Below are positions 24,896 through 39,997 of a DNA stretch of 64,000 nt, in pieces; the stretch's first letter is position 1, and each line of letters starts with the position of its first letter. Below the pieces are notes generated by a model, which saw nothing but the letters and a program-made list of their open reading frames with translations, was not told the DNA's origin and ran no database searches. The stretch is taken from contig OZ024743.1 of the NCBI GenBank assembly GCA_964016885.1, positions 28,706,001 through 28,770,000 on the forward strand. Direction: 5' to 3'. This DNA is from Eledone cirrhosa (Eukaryota). Both the position numbers and the translations under genes were made by a program.

Positions 24896-27800
24896 TGATG
24901 GAGCAATAAGGAAAATAATAGAAATACTAAGCAATACATACGATGCTGGAGACAGTCCGCTAAGTAATATAGCCATAGATGTTATCATATTTTGTTTACG
25001 CTTATTGAATTGGGTTTGAATCCATGCATATCTCTTTGACATGGTTTTAGTTTGAAAGTCAAACTACAGATAATGGTTCTGGAATTCACTCAAAATACTC
25101 TGGTTTTGGCGTAAGTTAAATAACAGCATTAAAATACCTTTAGAATCGTAGTGCAACGAACAGCACAGAAGACAAAGCCCCGGTCATTATTCACAGTTAT
25201 TTATATCTCCTGGAAAAATATAAAACTGAGATGACCCTAATTTAACTAAGCCGATTACAGATTTAAACTATCAGATCTGGTGTACAATAGAATTTTGAAG
25301 CTGTTGATATAATGAAGCTGTATCAAATTAGTTACGGGGGTTTACAATAGAAACATAGGCGGATCTGTCAACTCTCTGACGGGGAGACCTCTCACCCATT
25401 TTAAGGTGGGTGAGAAATGTCTTCTTTTGTGAAAATGGGTATAGCTTTCATTATATAAAAATATCCCCATTTTGCCTAATTTCTACCCGTTTTGGGGCAC
25501 TTTTTTCATGGTACTTCCCGGTGGGCTTTTAGAGGTTGGCAGGTCTTCATAGGTAGCGTGTTCTATCTTCTTTATTGGTAAACGACGCTTAATAGAGTTA
25601 GCAAAATAGTTTCAATTTTATTGATTTATCTCCTTCATTTAACATAAGTGTCTTAGTATGTAATGTTCCTAATATGGTAAATCTGTGACATCCTTATTTA
25701 AGAAATACGTTCTTCATCAGTTATTCATTTAAGCGTATTTGTTTGAGCTGAACCTCCGGTCAGTCCTAAATCAACAGACATTATCAATGCTGTTCTATCT
25801 GTGACTATCATATCCTTTATTCAAACATGTATATATATTGTTAAATTACTTGATGGGAACATTTTCACTGACCTTTCTTGCAAGTTGAAGCCATATAAAA
25901 TCTCCCTCGTTGAATAGTGTTCTAATGTATTAAATTATTAACATATATAATAAAATTAAGATGGTAACTTAGAAAAGGATGAATTTCAATCCGTGTATCA
26001 GTAAATGCCTGCTTCTGGATAGAGAAGGTTAAACCATTTATTAATCGAAAATCTTTGAAAATAAAAATTATCATACCTGTTGAATTTGAAAAAGAAATTT
26101 TAAGAGAATGATAAGATCTATCAACTAACTGCTCAAGCAGTAATTGATTAGGTTGATTAAGTTAAAAAGTCCATTATCAACGATAATTCTATATGGCAGC
26201 CAGTTTAAATCATAATTACAGAAGGAAAATATTTCAGAGAGGAAGAAAAAAATACATTATATTTTTATTTTCGTAAGCATATATTCTTTTTCAGTCACCT
26301 TATTTCATAGAAAACCTTTCATCTCAACATTTTCATTTCGCATTTGAAAAGAAAAAGATAAAATTAATTCTGCACCATTGAAATGTGCTGTGAGATCAGC
26401 AAATGGTAGCAACGGGGAAATATTCATGAATAAAAGATGAAGAATTTTTGTTTTTTATCTATTTATTTGTTGTTTTTATTTTATAGAAGCGAGTGACTGC
26501 TGGCGATGTTCAAACCATTCAGTTTCGTGTCCAACATTTTGAATAAAATTGCAATTTTAGTTAGAAAACGAAAGCGTTTCCTGTTTCAAAATTTGCTACA
26601 AAATGTTGACATTAATGCATACTCAATGCTTTGCCAATGCGTGTTCAAAATCTTAATCCTGTAAACAGAGTTTCAGATTTAAAGTTCACGCATATTCCCC
26701 TAAAGCGTAATCGTTACAGTATTTAGTTATCATCGTATCTCCGACGTTTTGAGTTCAAATCCGAAGGACGATAACATAACAATTCATAAAATAATAGTTC
26801 AGTAAATAAAGTAGATAGCAGTTTTACGCTGTAGTTGATTTCGCCAACTATATTACCCTCAGTGTGTTTGTATTCATGTTACAAAACTCCCCCAAATCCA
26901 CGGCCAACTTGACAACCAAGTGCCTTTTCCAGTTGTCCTTCTTCAATGTACAGGTGTATTCTCAGAACAGTCACATTCACTAGAACCATGTTCGCCACTT
27001 TCATTTACCTTTCATCAAATATCCTGGAAGCCAGAACTTCCTTCTCCATGCTCAATTTCCCTTTCAAGTAAAATTTGAACAATCTGAGGCCAAAGAGGAA
27101 TGGATCTGTCAACATCTCAGCGACGGTGTTGGAACTGGTCGAAACGAGACAAACATCACAAGTTGCACAGCGATTAAACCGTCCTTCCTCCAAATGGATA
27201 GGTGAAGTGATCATTCTCTCTTTTCCTTCTCTCCGTCAAACATGGCCTGATTCAGATTAAGCAGTGTAAATACACGTGACCTGGATCCGTCTTGGCAGCC
27301 GGGTCACCTGTTCAATGATGTCATGTCACTGAGTATTGGTGTTATGGCCATCAACAACACCTGAATTCCTAAAGCGCGAGCCGTTACAGCCATTTTCAGT
27401 GGCTACGAGTTAGACACATCCCAAGCCGCCCGGGATTGGGAGGCGAAGTCACTGTGTTTTGGGAACAACTATTTTCGCGTGTAGAGTTGATCCGTCTAAC
27501 GACCGATTCCATCGTGAAGATCACCCCAAGGCCTTCTTATGATCTGGAACGACAGAGAGCTTTCCTCTATCCGGTGGCTATGGTGAAACCGCTTGTGTGG
27601 TAGATGTGACTGAAAGGGCAGGAGATAGAAACTTTCCTTTTCGGCCAAGCCCACATCGAGTTTTTCAACTAAGTTCCACTTGGAAAGGAAGGTGCGATTG
27701 TAGAGGGAACTGCTGCCGCCTATTACTTTTGATAAAAGGTGAGTGAACGTAGCAAGGATGGCTCAAGTGTGGGCTAGAGTGGTCAGAGGGGATGAGTACC

Positions 27801-28751
27801 TTCTTATGAAAATGCTCTTTGCGATTAGTGGGGTTTCGGATCTATGGAGTTCCTAAATTACTCCTGGGGCGGTGTTCTCCACTTTCGGAGAATTCTGTTG
27901 TTTTAATTTATTGTTATTTAGTAACCTGTGATCTTTGGTTACATGATTAATTATATATCAGTCCCTTTTGTCCATTTGTATTGTTCCTTGTTTTCCAGCC
28001 TTAGTGGCCAATAAAGAATGACGTATCTTCATAATCATCATCATTCATATTAATATTATTTAGAGATAATGGTCTTTAATTCTTTTGTATTTGTCACACA
28101 CATTTGAAAAGAGTGCACTATGTTTAAAATGAGTGAATAGGTGAGAGTGCTACAATCGATTGTTTCCGAAATACCTGCAACCAAGATCTTCATCTTATCC
28201 TCTAACTACAACGTATTGCTCTATTTTTTGAAACATGATATAATGCAAATAGTTAATTCTCCAAAATCAATAATATTAATCGATCAGAGAAACATTTGAT
28301 TTTCAAACGTAAAATCATATATTATGGCCATTTATGTCGTTATGGAGATCGAATTTGATTCAAATTTATTTAAAATGATAGAGTTTATTTGTTACAATAA
28401 GAATCGTCTGATTTGTGTTAATCACAACTGAACCTAGTGTATTCGGAATTAGTAATATAACAGTGTAAAACAGTTGACCTGTATTAGTTAGACACATCAG
28501 CTGTGACAGGCATCTGAAGAAGAATGTTCATTTCAATACTCCAATTTTGTAAATCTCACAAAATTCCGGAATAAATAGAAAAACAGCCTCCGTTCCAACC
28601 ATCATATACGCAAATAAAGAGGCATTCAGTAAAATGCATTCTAAAAGAGTAGACAGATTTATATTATTCAATTATTCTGTATTCTGATTTCAGATAGCAA
28701 CAGGGTTGGTTATAGTCGTTCATCAGTGTTTCATTATTTTACTGGTTTCAA

Positions 28752-28978
28752 GGAAGATGGAATGGCAGTATCGGTAGAGCGTCAGATATCATGCTTAACG
28801 GATTATAGTTACGTCCTTTTATGATGTTCTGAGTTCAAATCCAGCTGATATTAGCTTTGCCTTTCATCCTTATGGAAGTCGATGAAATCAAATCCTATTA
28901 ACGCACTGAAATCGATTTAATCGACTTCCCCCTCCTCGTAAAAATGTGTTGGCCTTGTGCCTAAATCACAAACCATTA
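28752..28978 (+). mobile_element. tRNA-derived SINE (family A), with a second head at ~28995-29070
   Basis: TGGCAGTATCGGTAGAGCG..GAGTTCAAATCC..GGCCTTGTGCCTAAA. Confidence 0.8.
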
Positions 28979-29109
28979 TTTTACTGGTTTCAAGAGCGGT
29001 GGATTGGCAGTATCGGTAGTGCGTCAGACAACATGCTTTGCAGCATAGAGTTATATCTCATTACGTTCTGAATTGAGGAAGCAGTTTTAGAGTGGATGGA
29101 TTTAAATGC

Positions 29110-29465
29110 ATGAATTTTTGAAGTATTGAGAAACAAACCGAGGAATGCGGTCATATGCCTTTTCAAGGTCGACAAAACAAGCATACTCCTCTTGTCAATA
29201 CTCCTACGATTTCTCGAAGACCTGCCAGCTGTGCTGCGTCCCGGGCGAAGCATCAGTTAGCTTGGACTCGAAAATCTCCCTGCATCTCAGACGCATAGCA
29301 TATGGTCAGACGCATAGCATAGACTTTACCAGGGAGGCTTAACATGGAGGTCCCTCAGTAATTGGAACAATCTCTCTTGGCTCTGAAAATTGGGATTATA
29401 ACTTCCGATTGGCATTACTTTGGTGCCTTTCCAGAGATCAAGAGGCTACCCAGCGCACACGAGTC
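29110..29465 (-). pseudogene. RTE-type LINE fragments
   Basis: Minus frame ACFVDLEKAYDRIPR (LINE RT motif) among stops. Confidence 0.55.
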
Positions 29466-29574
29466 AGCAAGAGAATACCTTCTATTTTTCTGTTGACTTT
29501 TCTACATATGAATATGTATATATTAACATTATATATGTATATAGAGAGAAATAGAGAGAAATCTTTGCATGTGT

Positions 29575-29681
<107 letters not shown>

Positions 29682-29687
29682 CATATA

Positions 29688-30040
29688 TGGGAAAAGAAAA
29701 CAAGATAAGAACACTATCTTTACTTATTTACTTTAATGTCCTTACTTCACATTGAGAAAATAACAATACTCAGACTGTTTTTTCTAGCAGCATGCTACCT
29801 GCCAATGTCCACCTGTTAACCGCTGATCACGTGATATTATTCCATTTGAAATTATTGCTGATAGCGAACAATAAGGAAAACATTTTCTGTCTTGAATTGC
29901 CTTCCTTGACTGAGAAAAGTCTCCTGATGTTTTGAGTTTTCTCACAATACTCGGAGTATTGTTAGTTTCTCAATGAAACTGCAGTAGGGACATTCAAGTA
30001 AGAAAGTAAAGATTTTTTTCTTATCTTGTTTGCTTTTCCC
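29688..30040. mobile_element. MITE-like element with ~85-bp imperfect TIRs
   Basis: GGGAAAAGAAAACAAGATAAGAA...AACAATACTC at 29688-29771 is inverted at ~29954-30040. Confidence 0.65.
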
Positions 30041-30186
30041 AGATATGATTATATTACACTCTGAATGGATTGATTTCTGTTAATTCTTTCATAGAGCAAA
30101 ACTTGGTATCGGTTGGACGTGTTTATATATATCTATACTTGTGTAACGATATATCTATTTCTTCAATTAATTTACTATATATATAC

Positions 30187-30234
<48 letters not shown>

Positions 30235-30658
30235 GCGTGTGTGTGCGTGTGCGTGTGCGTGTGTGTGTGTGGCTACATAATCTAACGAAGAAAATAGGTC
30301 AATATGTTGAGGTATTCGTTCGAAATTGATTCCTCACCCCATTGACACTTATACATTCCTAAAAGCACTGATTCTTTGTCTGAATGATTATATGAAGCGA
30401 GAAGATGAGTAACATCACAGTAGATTTTGATATTGGAACGTAAACTACTGCAACCGATACACAAAGGTATATCACTTCCGTCAATTCACTGCATTAGAAT
30501 CATAGTTTGAGTTGAGAGTGAAAATAGCCGGTTCAACAAATATTCTAAGCTACTTCATTCAACTCTCTAGCGGCTCTACCATATCGACTTATGTATATAC
30601 ATGAGTGTGTGTGTGTATGTGTATGTGTGTATGTGTGTGTGGGGGTCTCTGTTTTTGA

Positions 30659-30797
<139 letters not shown>

Positions 30798-31299
30798 TTG
30801 GAAACACACAGATACATGCGGACACACACATATACATGAATGCATCCGCACCCAACCGTGAGTTAAGGGTGCCAACTTCACCGATGTTGCTCAATGAATG
30901 ACTGGGACAGACCAATCCGGTTGAACTAGACTGAACCAGTATCAGAGTAAAAATATATATATATATATGCCTGCCTATATGCATTATAAGTAACTGTTTA
31001 TTTCTATGTATCTATTTTTTATATCTCATCCCAAAGTTTCAAGCTAGATATACTTATTCAGTTATACATTCTGTTTCTAATTACATATGTACTTTCATTT
31101 TTTTTCTGTTCAACAATCACGAATAAGGAAATGTTTATCGCTTTACTTCTTACAACTTAAAGTATATTGTAGCATTCCCCAGATCCAAACGTCTAATCAA
31201 TTCTTATGACTCCACTGCTTTCTAATTGTTAGTAACATCGGAGATATATTCTTTATACTTGCTGATTAATAATATTATATGTTCTCAAATAGGTTCTAT

Positions 31300-31465
31300 A
31301 ATAATTGTTTCTACTTTTGGCACAAGGCCAGTAATTACTCAGTACATTTATCGACCCCGTAAGGATGAAAGGCAAAGTTAACCTCGGCGGGATTTGAACT
31401 CAGAGGGACGTAACTATGATGGAAAGCATGACGTCCGACCCTCTACCAATACTGCCAATCCACCA
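31300..31465 (-). mobile_element. tRNA-derived SINE (family A)
   Basis: GGTGGATTGGCAGTATTGGTAGAGGGTCGGACG..GAGTTCAAATCCCGCCGAGG. Confidence 0.8.
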
Positions 31466-31530
31466 CCCTGGTGCCAATCCAATAGCAGTAAATTCAACTT
31501 CTAATAACAATGCATTATCCCTCTTTTGTA

Positions 31531-31685
<155 letters not shown>

Positions 31686-32167
31686 TGGCGCATCATCTGT
31701 TTACCCAGCTTCGCCCGGGTAAACAGATCATAAGAGAAGTCAGGAAGAAGAGAAAATAACTGTATTGGATATTTGTCTGGTTTACAGTATTAGGCGAGTC
31801 CATGGTGTGTGTGTGTGTGTGTGAAGATGTCTAGGAGTTCCCACTCGTGAACATACATATAACTGTCCATGAGTAAAAGGCGATTCTCTTGTACTCAATT
31901 CTACAACTTTGAAAGCCCGAGCTTTATGTATGGTCATAGCAAAACTGGCTCTAACAGGAAACTGAAGAGAATTTGAAAGGCAGCTCGGTAGAGGAAGGGA
32001 TAAGGTGAATCTTAGGAATAAATGCATTTTCTCCCTGATCATTGCTTCCTAGGATATTCACCTCTAGAGATGGTTCATTTTCCGCCAGTATGGACGTGGT
32101 TGGTCCACGTTTCTTAAAAGAATGATGGAAGTTCCAATATTTTATATTATATGTATACATATAATAT

Positions 32168-32380
32168 ATGTCGATCGACTTTCGTCAAATCGGACCGAGG
32201 AAACAATGTTTCCGTTGGTCTTTCCAATTGCTATCTATCGGTCGCAACTCTAGTTAGAAGGAGCAATATGAAATAAAGTGTCTTGCTCAAGGACATAACG
32301 CATCGCCCGGTCCGGGAATCGAATTGAAAACCTCACGATTGCGAATCCAGTTTTCTAACCAATCAGCCACACGCCTTCAC
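32168..32380 (-). mobile_element. tRNA-derived SINE (family B)
   Basis: Homologous to 518-685. Confidence 0.8.
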
Positions 32381-32404
32381 CATATAAATATAAAGATATA
32401 TATA

Positions 32405-33100
32405 TCATCATCATCATCATCATCAACGTTTAACGTCCGTGTTCCACGCTTGCATGGGTTTGGACGGGGGTAGTCCCACTTGAGGCAAGAGTGATTGTCT
32501 TGCTCGCATAGGACTGTCTGGCAGGTTTTCTACAGTTGGATGCCCTTCCTAACACCAACCACATTTACAGTGTGGGTCTGGGAGGTTTTTACCGTGTTGC
32601 CTACACGGCCACATTACAGCGTGGACTGTGTGTTTTTTTGTCGTGACACCTACACGATCTCATTTGTTTCGGCCTGGATGGCGCGGCACCAACATAACTT
32701 TACATAGAACGGGGTGGTGTGGATGGGGTGGGGGTGGTGGCGGGACGGGGTGTATTTTGTTAGAGATGCCTACTGGCAAGGCGGGTCTTCTCTGTTACTG
32801 AGTACCGCCAAAGGTCACGGTCCAGTGACATTGTCTTGGAGAGGTGTAAGTGTGTGAGGTCGGAGTTTATCAGCTCATCCCATGTTTTTCTAGGTCTGCC
32901 TATTCCGTGGCTACCGTCTATCTTTATTGCCCTGCACTTTGTAATACAGCTATCGACTTTCATGCGCATCACGTGTCCATACCAACGCAGCCTTCTCTCG
33001 AGTAAACAGCATCTGATCCCTCTTATCTCTAATTTTTTCCTTAGTTCGTTTATGCTTTGCCGTTCACGTATATTACTGTTACACATCCAGCGGAGCATGC
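32405..33100 (-). mobile_element. RTE LINE 3' fragment with (GAT)n tail
   Basis: RRLRWYGHVMRM..GRPRKTW C-terminus and a 3' UTR nearly identical to 47640-48470. Confidence 0.88.
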
Positions 33101-33161
33101 AATATATATATATATATATATATAAAGATATATATATATATATATATATATGTATAGATAA

Positions 33162-34038
33162 TCTATATATATAAAACTGTGGTTGTCTGTCTGTCTATCG
33201 ATTTTCGGCACACATCTCCTCTTAGAATCTCTCACGGAATTGCACCGAAATTGCTATACTTGTACATTGAGCCCTAGGGAAGACATCGGAAAAAAAAATT
33301 TCAAATTGACCCACCCTATGTGACGAAATCGAATATAATGTATCGATTTTTGAGCGTAAGTGATCAGTTATTTCCCTTTGTTCTGTTTACATTGAGCGTC
33401 TTACGTAAAAAATTACGCTGGCTTTCTCAGTTGTCGAGCCAGCAAAATATTGACCTGAAAAATTCATCAGTTCGAACACTAGGCTTCCGTTTTGCTTCAT
33501 TTCCATTTAAAAGCATTTTAAAACAATATTTTTACTTGAAAACAAGTCTATTTAAAGACTACGTAAAACAAGCAAATATTTCGTCGTTAGGCGTGCAGAC
33601 AGACAGTCGTGCAGACAGACAGTCGTGCAGAGAGGTGATATAGACGTGCAGACAGACAGTCGTGCAGAGAGGTGATATAGGCGTGCAGACAGACAGTCGT
33701 GCAGAGAGGTGATATAGGCGTGCAGACAGACATAACTGATAATTTGGTTACGCTAATGTTTTTCTCTGCGTTGCAGTGTTTACATTTTCGATCTTTGTTA
33801 ATAAATAACCAGTGTAGTTTCTATCCCCAGCATCCTCTTTTGTTATAACATTCGGGTTATCGTTATGTTTTCTTAACTTCCATAAGGCATATTGTTGGTT
33901 GAGGGAATATTAATCAAAAACACCACATGCAAGTCTGCACAGTAGACACTACAGTTTTTAAGCCAATAAAGAAACTTAACATTGTAACTTTAACACAGCT
34001 ACTGAGCGACCCCGAGCAACGCCGGGCTTTACTGCTAG
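33162..34038 (+). mobile_element. Non-autonomous Helitron with internal minisatellite
   Basis: A|TCTATATATATAAAAC..(GTCT)n 5' end; 3' subterminal motif CCCGAGCAACGCCGGG then CTAG|T. Confidence 0.78.
33589..33731. repeat. 37-bp minisatellite (GGCGTGCAGACAGACAGTCGTGCAGAGAGGTGATATA)
   Basis: About 3 units plus 17-bp subunits. Confidence 0.9.
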
Positions 34039-35149
34039 TTATATATACATTTAAAGATAATTCTATATATGTATAGATAATTATATATAAATGTGTTTGT
34101 GTGTATGTGTGAGTATGTGCGCGCGTGTGTATATGCATGTGTGTGTGTGTATATGTCCGTGTTTGTGCTTGTGTGCGTGTGTATAAACCAGCGTTCAATC
34201 GGAGACTCTGGCTGCGAAACACGATCACCACCGACAATGAACGTGCAGTGAGAATCCCTCATGGTCCATTCGCAACTTGCTAAAAATAGCAGTCAGATTG
34301 ATTAGCATAGCCAGGCTGTTTTTCTTCTTTTGTCGATTTTGTGTCATGTACGGAGGAACCAACCAACAAACAGCTCTCTTTCATATCATGTATATATATT
34401 ACAAAACAAATGAGGTTTACAAAGAATTGTATATTAGCATCCTTTATAATTATCTTAGAGTATACAATTACTGCGTATTTTTCTATTCTGGAAATTTGCA
34501 CATTTTCCCACTTATGGGATTATCTTTGAGCATATGCCTATTTCTGTGTTTTACTCCCATGCATTGCATGAGTTTTTCATACACTCTACGAGAAGACAAA
34601 TCCCTGAAACACTCCAGTGTATACAAACAACGTAGATTACAAAATATACGGCAACATTCAGTTTGTATAAGAAAGTGAATAAATATGTATGTATCATAAT
34701 GGTTAATTGTAGATTTATAAAATAATCAGGAAACATGTTTTAGATCCATGTATTAAACAAAACAGCAGGTTTTCGCATCAGTTCAGATCGATCTAGTGAT
34801 ACTGGTTATTTTGAGATTCATTCTTTGATCGTTTAGTTAATGATAGTTTTTCTAAAGAGACATTTGTCAAATATTGAGTTTTACTGGTGTTTAACATAAT
34901 TGCTATGTTAATCCCAAACCACTTCTAATGTTTGATTCACCTCTAATTGTTCTCTAGAAGATGTCGGATATTTCGTTGGCCATCAGAAAAATGGAGTTCA
35001 AATCTATCCACAAGGGCTTCGTTCTTGCTTGCTCACACGTAACATTTAAAAGAAACATAACTTGGTTTCATCAACTGTAAAGGGGTTGAGATCCCTATGA
35101 TGTTAGTTGCAGTGCATAAAATGGATCTAATAGAATTCCAAACATTAAG

Positions 35150-37720
35150 AAGTATCTCTGATAATCTTATAGTGGGAAGCCATGAGAATTTAAGGCCATT
35201 GTAACAGCACTATTATATTTTTCCACTTGATTATTTCCTTGTGGGTAAAACTTGATGTGCGCCTCGTAGCAACAGCTTTTTTAGATAGGAATTGTCAATG
35301 TTTCAGACTCATAAATGATGCTCCACAATCCGACCAGATATATGCAGGTAAATCAAATATATAAACAACTAAACAGAGACCTGAATGATACTGGATGATA
35401 TGATATATGGTCATAGAAAAAACATAAGGAAATCATGAATATTCATTTATAATATTAAGTAAGTATCGGTTTTTATTATTTATTAGTAAATGGAGGTAGA
35501 TTGGTAGTATCGGTAGAGGGTTACGGCCCTTTATGGCTTTAGTTCAAATCCCACTGGGATAATTGTTGGCTTTGTGCCAAAAGTAAAAACAATTATTTAT
35601 TAGTAAAATCCCTTTCAAATCAACATTCAAGACGCCGAAAAGATTGTGTTGCTTTAATGAGATGAATTTTTATATGAATAGTAATTGCAACAAATCTGAT
35701 AGGGTATTCTTTTTACTTTCTATTTTTTTCCATTGAAAATGGTAGATGACAACGGCACAAACATCCGTGCAGGTTGAATAAGATAGCTGCAGCGAAAGAT
35801 GTATACGTCACTCAAGATAACATACCATGAAGTATATCATTTTTATCGGACCAATATACAATGTTCTTCAACGCATGATCTTATCAATATTGGAGTTGAT
35901 TAAACCTATATGCATCTGGTATCTCATCATTTCTTAGAATAATGTGTTTTGAAGTAAGATGATGCTTCCAAGGTCCAATGGCGTGACGCACAAGAGAAGA
36001 AAGCAACAGCATGCCCTCATTGGTTAAGCGTGACAACAATAGAATAATCTGAAGTATCACTTTCTTCTTCAAAAGTAATATTCTCATCAATAGCAGATAC
36101 TACTACCTCTTTAATAACTTATTAAGTAGATTAAATATTTCTATGGCCTTTTCTATAATATCTCTTAATGTCTTTATACTTTACTCAACAAAATCATTTC
36201 TTCTAATTAGACCAGAGTTTGGATATAGATCCTAACACAAGTGAGGCATCCAGTTGATTTCTTTTTTCTGCTGAGTGTTTACATATGTTGGGAGTGCTTA
36301 TTGCATTGTCCCATATATTCAAATGTATTGAAGAGTGCCACGATTATGAAACTGATATTAATATTTTACAATCTCTTTATATCAAACCTATAAATGAAGT
36401 GTATACCACTCAATTACTAGTGAGAAAACATCAACAATCAGATAAAAGTTTAAATGGGTATCTTCGGGTACTCAAAACTCTAATTAAAAACTGTGATCTT
36501 AAATCTAACAGCTCACCAATATCGCAATCGGGGCATTTGAGTCACACACGTTAAAAGTCATAATATTTCACTGGTTAGGCGAACACTACTAAAAAAAATA
36601 ATAGCCACGATTTGATATCAAATTTTAGGCAAGGTTGCTCATATGAGTCAACACAGCGGAGCTCAGAAGCATACAGCAACATCCAAACATTTAATGTTGC
36701 CAATTTCCCATAGCCGACAGAAATCTAAGAATATAATTCTACTCTGGCTGCTGTTTCTAATCAAGGATAAACGTCATTTCTTCTGTGGAAATAGTAGACA
36801 CCACGTGTAAAATGCTCTGCACTTAATTTCTTTGGTTAAAGTGTAATATATAGAGCCATTTTGAAAAGTCTCTCATGCAAGAAATTTATTCAATAAAAGG
36901 AAATTAACAATGCAGTCTGTCAAATATTTTCACTAGTCAGCTACACAGATCAAAAGGTTTGCGTTATTACAGAAATGGCATTGTTTGAAAAGGCTTTTTA
37001 ATCTTCTTGAAAAGTTAATCTTTTAGAAACAACAGTCAGGTTAGATGTTCATTCTAGAGTTTCTGTAGACTGTGTTGGAACAGTAGCAATAAATGCCTCT
37101 ATGACCTTTTCAGATAATGGTATTTATACATTTAGGAAACTTACGGAATCCATTTAGATTATAAAAGATAAGTCGAAAGTATCTAAGTTGTTTCAAATTT
37201 TGTTGGATAAAATTCTGTGAGCAATTACAAAAATTGCTAAGACAAATGAATTTTATCCCACAAAACCAATCCTGAAAATCTGCCATATTATTTTAACTAC
37301 ATCCATTATGAAACTATACGATTACAGTTAGCTAATTTATTTTGCTAAGAATTACGATAATGGTGTATTAATTTGGTTTCTAATCAAATAACGTAAATTA
37401 CGAAATATACTACAACACTTTGAGGTACCCTGTACGATCGTGCCAGCAGTCAATAGGAATGTCATCTCTGATGCTGGGATTTTTAGAGGGTAGCCCATAT
37501 GAGACAGGGTTGTAAAATCCTCACATATAGGCAAATAGGCGATGTTATCTAACAGATTTCTTTTAGATTTCCAGAATATGTCCATCTAGAGTTACGTATA
37601 CCAAAATAGATGATTTGTTTGGCCAGCGGATAGGAATAGCAAAGGGTGGAAACTATTTTGGCAAGTCATCTATATAAACCACAATGCTTGTGATTTTCAT
37701 GGTCAACAAAATTTAAGATA
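35150..37720. pseudogene. Highly decayed, rearranged Gypsy LTR-retrotransposon relic
   Basis: Plus strand 36200-36900 has gag-like LDIDPNTSEA..LYIKPINEV..QQSDKSLNGYLRVLKTL and a CCHC remnant; minus strand has integrase-like (~35200-35480) and RT-like (~37400-37700) traces. Confidence 0.5.
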
Positions 37721-39176
37721 CGTAGTCAGATCCTGGAAGCTGATCGAGTCGATTCTACCGCAGAAAACATACGGCGACTGGATTAGCGAACAAGCTTAGT
37801 ATTATTTGACAAGGGTGAGTATCAACAACCGGTGAAGTGTCTCTCTGAAATGATAAATTAGAATAAAATTGATGAAGTATATGTGTATCTATAGAGAAGA
37901 ATATATTACGAAGTAAGCTAGTCAGCAGATTAAAATGTACGATTTGAACAGGCATTGTAATGACGTGCTAGCAACGAAAAGAGAACTCGACAAGTTTTCA
38001 CGCGAAACATGAATGCTGTGTTGTCAGAGGTAAAGCCTCTGCTTATACATGCGAGAACGTAAGCATTGAATGAACCAGGATAGAAAAGGGGTGACTTGGA
38101 CACAAAACCACAATTAGGTCTCTGACTGACTACCATATTAGGCGCGTAATTCCAAACGGATCGGTGCGGTTTTTCAGCACCACTTTACGCAACTGTGGGG
38201 GTTCTAGTCATGGCCTGAAGATGATAGAACTTAATACCTATCTCGACGATTTACCGCGCTTCTTGGAAGAAGATATGAGGTGTTGTAAACAACAGCTTAG
38301 ATAAGATTGGGGGTTAGGGGGTGTTTGAGGGAAAATTGCCTAATTTAGCTGCTCTGCCCCACCTGTTTTATTGATACACGCCAAATTTATTTGCGTTCCC
38401 TTGGGCATGCATGTATAGCTATTGTCAATACACGGGAATCATTTTAGCTTGCTATTCAGAGAATGGTAGAACTGTTGAGAAAACACACGAAATTGGGGAA
38501 CATCATCATAATGTTTCGGTCCATAATGCTCTCGCACGCCAACGCTTAGGATTTTGGCTATTCGTAACAGAATCTCTGGAAAATTGATAGGTGGTTTATT
38601 AACTTGCGGTGTTGAGTTGAACTTCTTTATAACTTGAAAACCCCAATCACATCAGTCTACTTTGCAATTTGTTCATGACTCTGGTTCTGATCACGGAGTC
38701 CAAGTGAAGCTGGGTGTATACAATAAATTATTCTTGTTAAATTATTCATTAACCAACAAAAAAATCAATCATACTCAATGTGCTAAAAAGGTATTCCTTG
38801 AACGTATTAACTTCTCGACTATAGACGTGATATATTAGATTGACCACAGAGCTTATTCCAAATGATTTGAACAAAGATGGTTACTAGTGAGACATCTCGA
38901 TCAGATTTCATCTAACTTTGCCAGCTTTATTACTATCAAGATATAGATTTTACTGGAAATATCTCCGCTGCTACAGAGAGTATGTTTGACTAGCTGTTTC
39001 ACGCGCAATGGATTTGCTACCAGCCAACAGTTCACCACTTCTCTCTATATTTTACATTCTATCATAGATCGAAATATATTTTTCATATCTCAAAGAAACA
39101 GTTTCAAATCTTGAGTTAGTAGATCGTTGTATCATTCATTTGTTTTTTTCCCTCTTTCTCCAATGTTTTTCATCCT

Positions 39177-39219
<43 letters not shown>

Positions 39220-39344
39220 GAGTTAAACAAGATTCAATGGGTATATCAGAGAATGAGTTTTACAGTAGATTGGAAGCACTCTACGAATATAATTTTCCAG
39301 AGTTATTAATATTAACATACAAATATTAACAAAATAGATGTTCT

Positions 39345-39409
39345 TTTGATCAATTACATTTTATTATACATATTTCGGAGGTACAACAGTACATCCTCAT
39401 CAGACAAAA
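39345..39409 (-). ncRNA. Hammerhead-like motif within an inverted repeat
   Basis: CTGATGA-gga tgtac tgtt gtac ctcc-GAAA-tat..atg-TA; stem I weak; ~54-bp IR at 39322-39375 / 39450-39503. Confidence 0.5.
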
Positions 39410-39502
39410 TATAATGATACATGACATACCCTGAGATGTTAAATGGTTAAATATGTATAATAAAATGTAATTGATCAAAAGAACATCTATTTTATTAATA
39501 TT

Positions 39503-39574
<72 letters not shown>

Positions 39575-39832
39575 AGAGATGGCAACATGAATGGATCTAT
39601 TATTTTTCTATAGAAAGTTTTTTTCCGTTTCCGCCCTGCCCGTCTCTTCGATCTTTCTATGTCTTCTTTAATTTCTCATTCTATCTTCTGATATAGTAGA
39701 AGTGTCTTAACGTTTCGGACGCTATTGTATATATATGTATAATACACGTTTATATATGTTTTCATATACGTGTCTTGCTTAAATACTGTCTTAATGTTAC
39801 TGTCAATTAGTTATCTATCTATGCATATATAT

Positions 39833-39881
39833 GTTTCAGAAGATTCCGTTAAGGGTGAAAGCAGCGATTCTTTGCTTAAAC
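39833..39881 (+). ncRNA. Solo copy of the CAGAAGA hammerhead-like motif of the 710-aa PLE family
   Basis: Identical to the reverse complement of 10693-10741, followed by the same tail and (TA)n. Confidence 0.6.
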
Positions 39882-39902
39882 TTTAATTTGTTATTTTAAT
39901 AA

Positions 39903-39997
<95 letters not shown>

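Noticed and set aside
33589-33731. 37-bp repeats as a CRISPR-like array
   Set aside because: Head-to-tail units with no unique spacers, eukaryotic context, no cas genes
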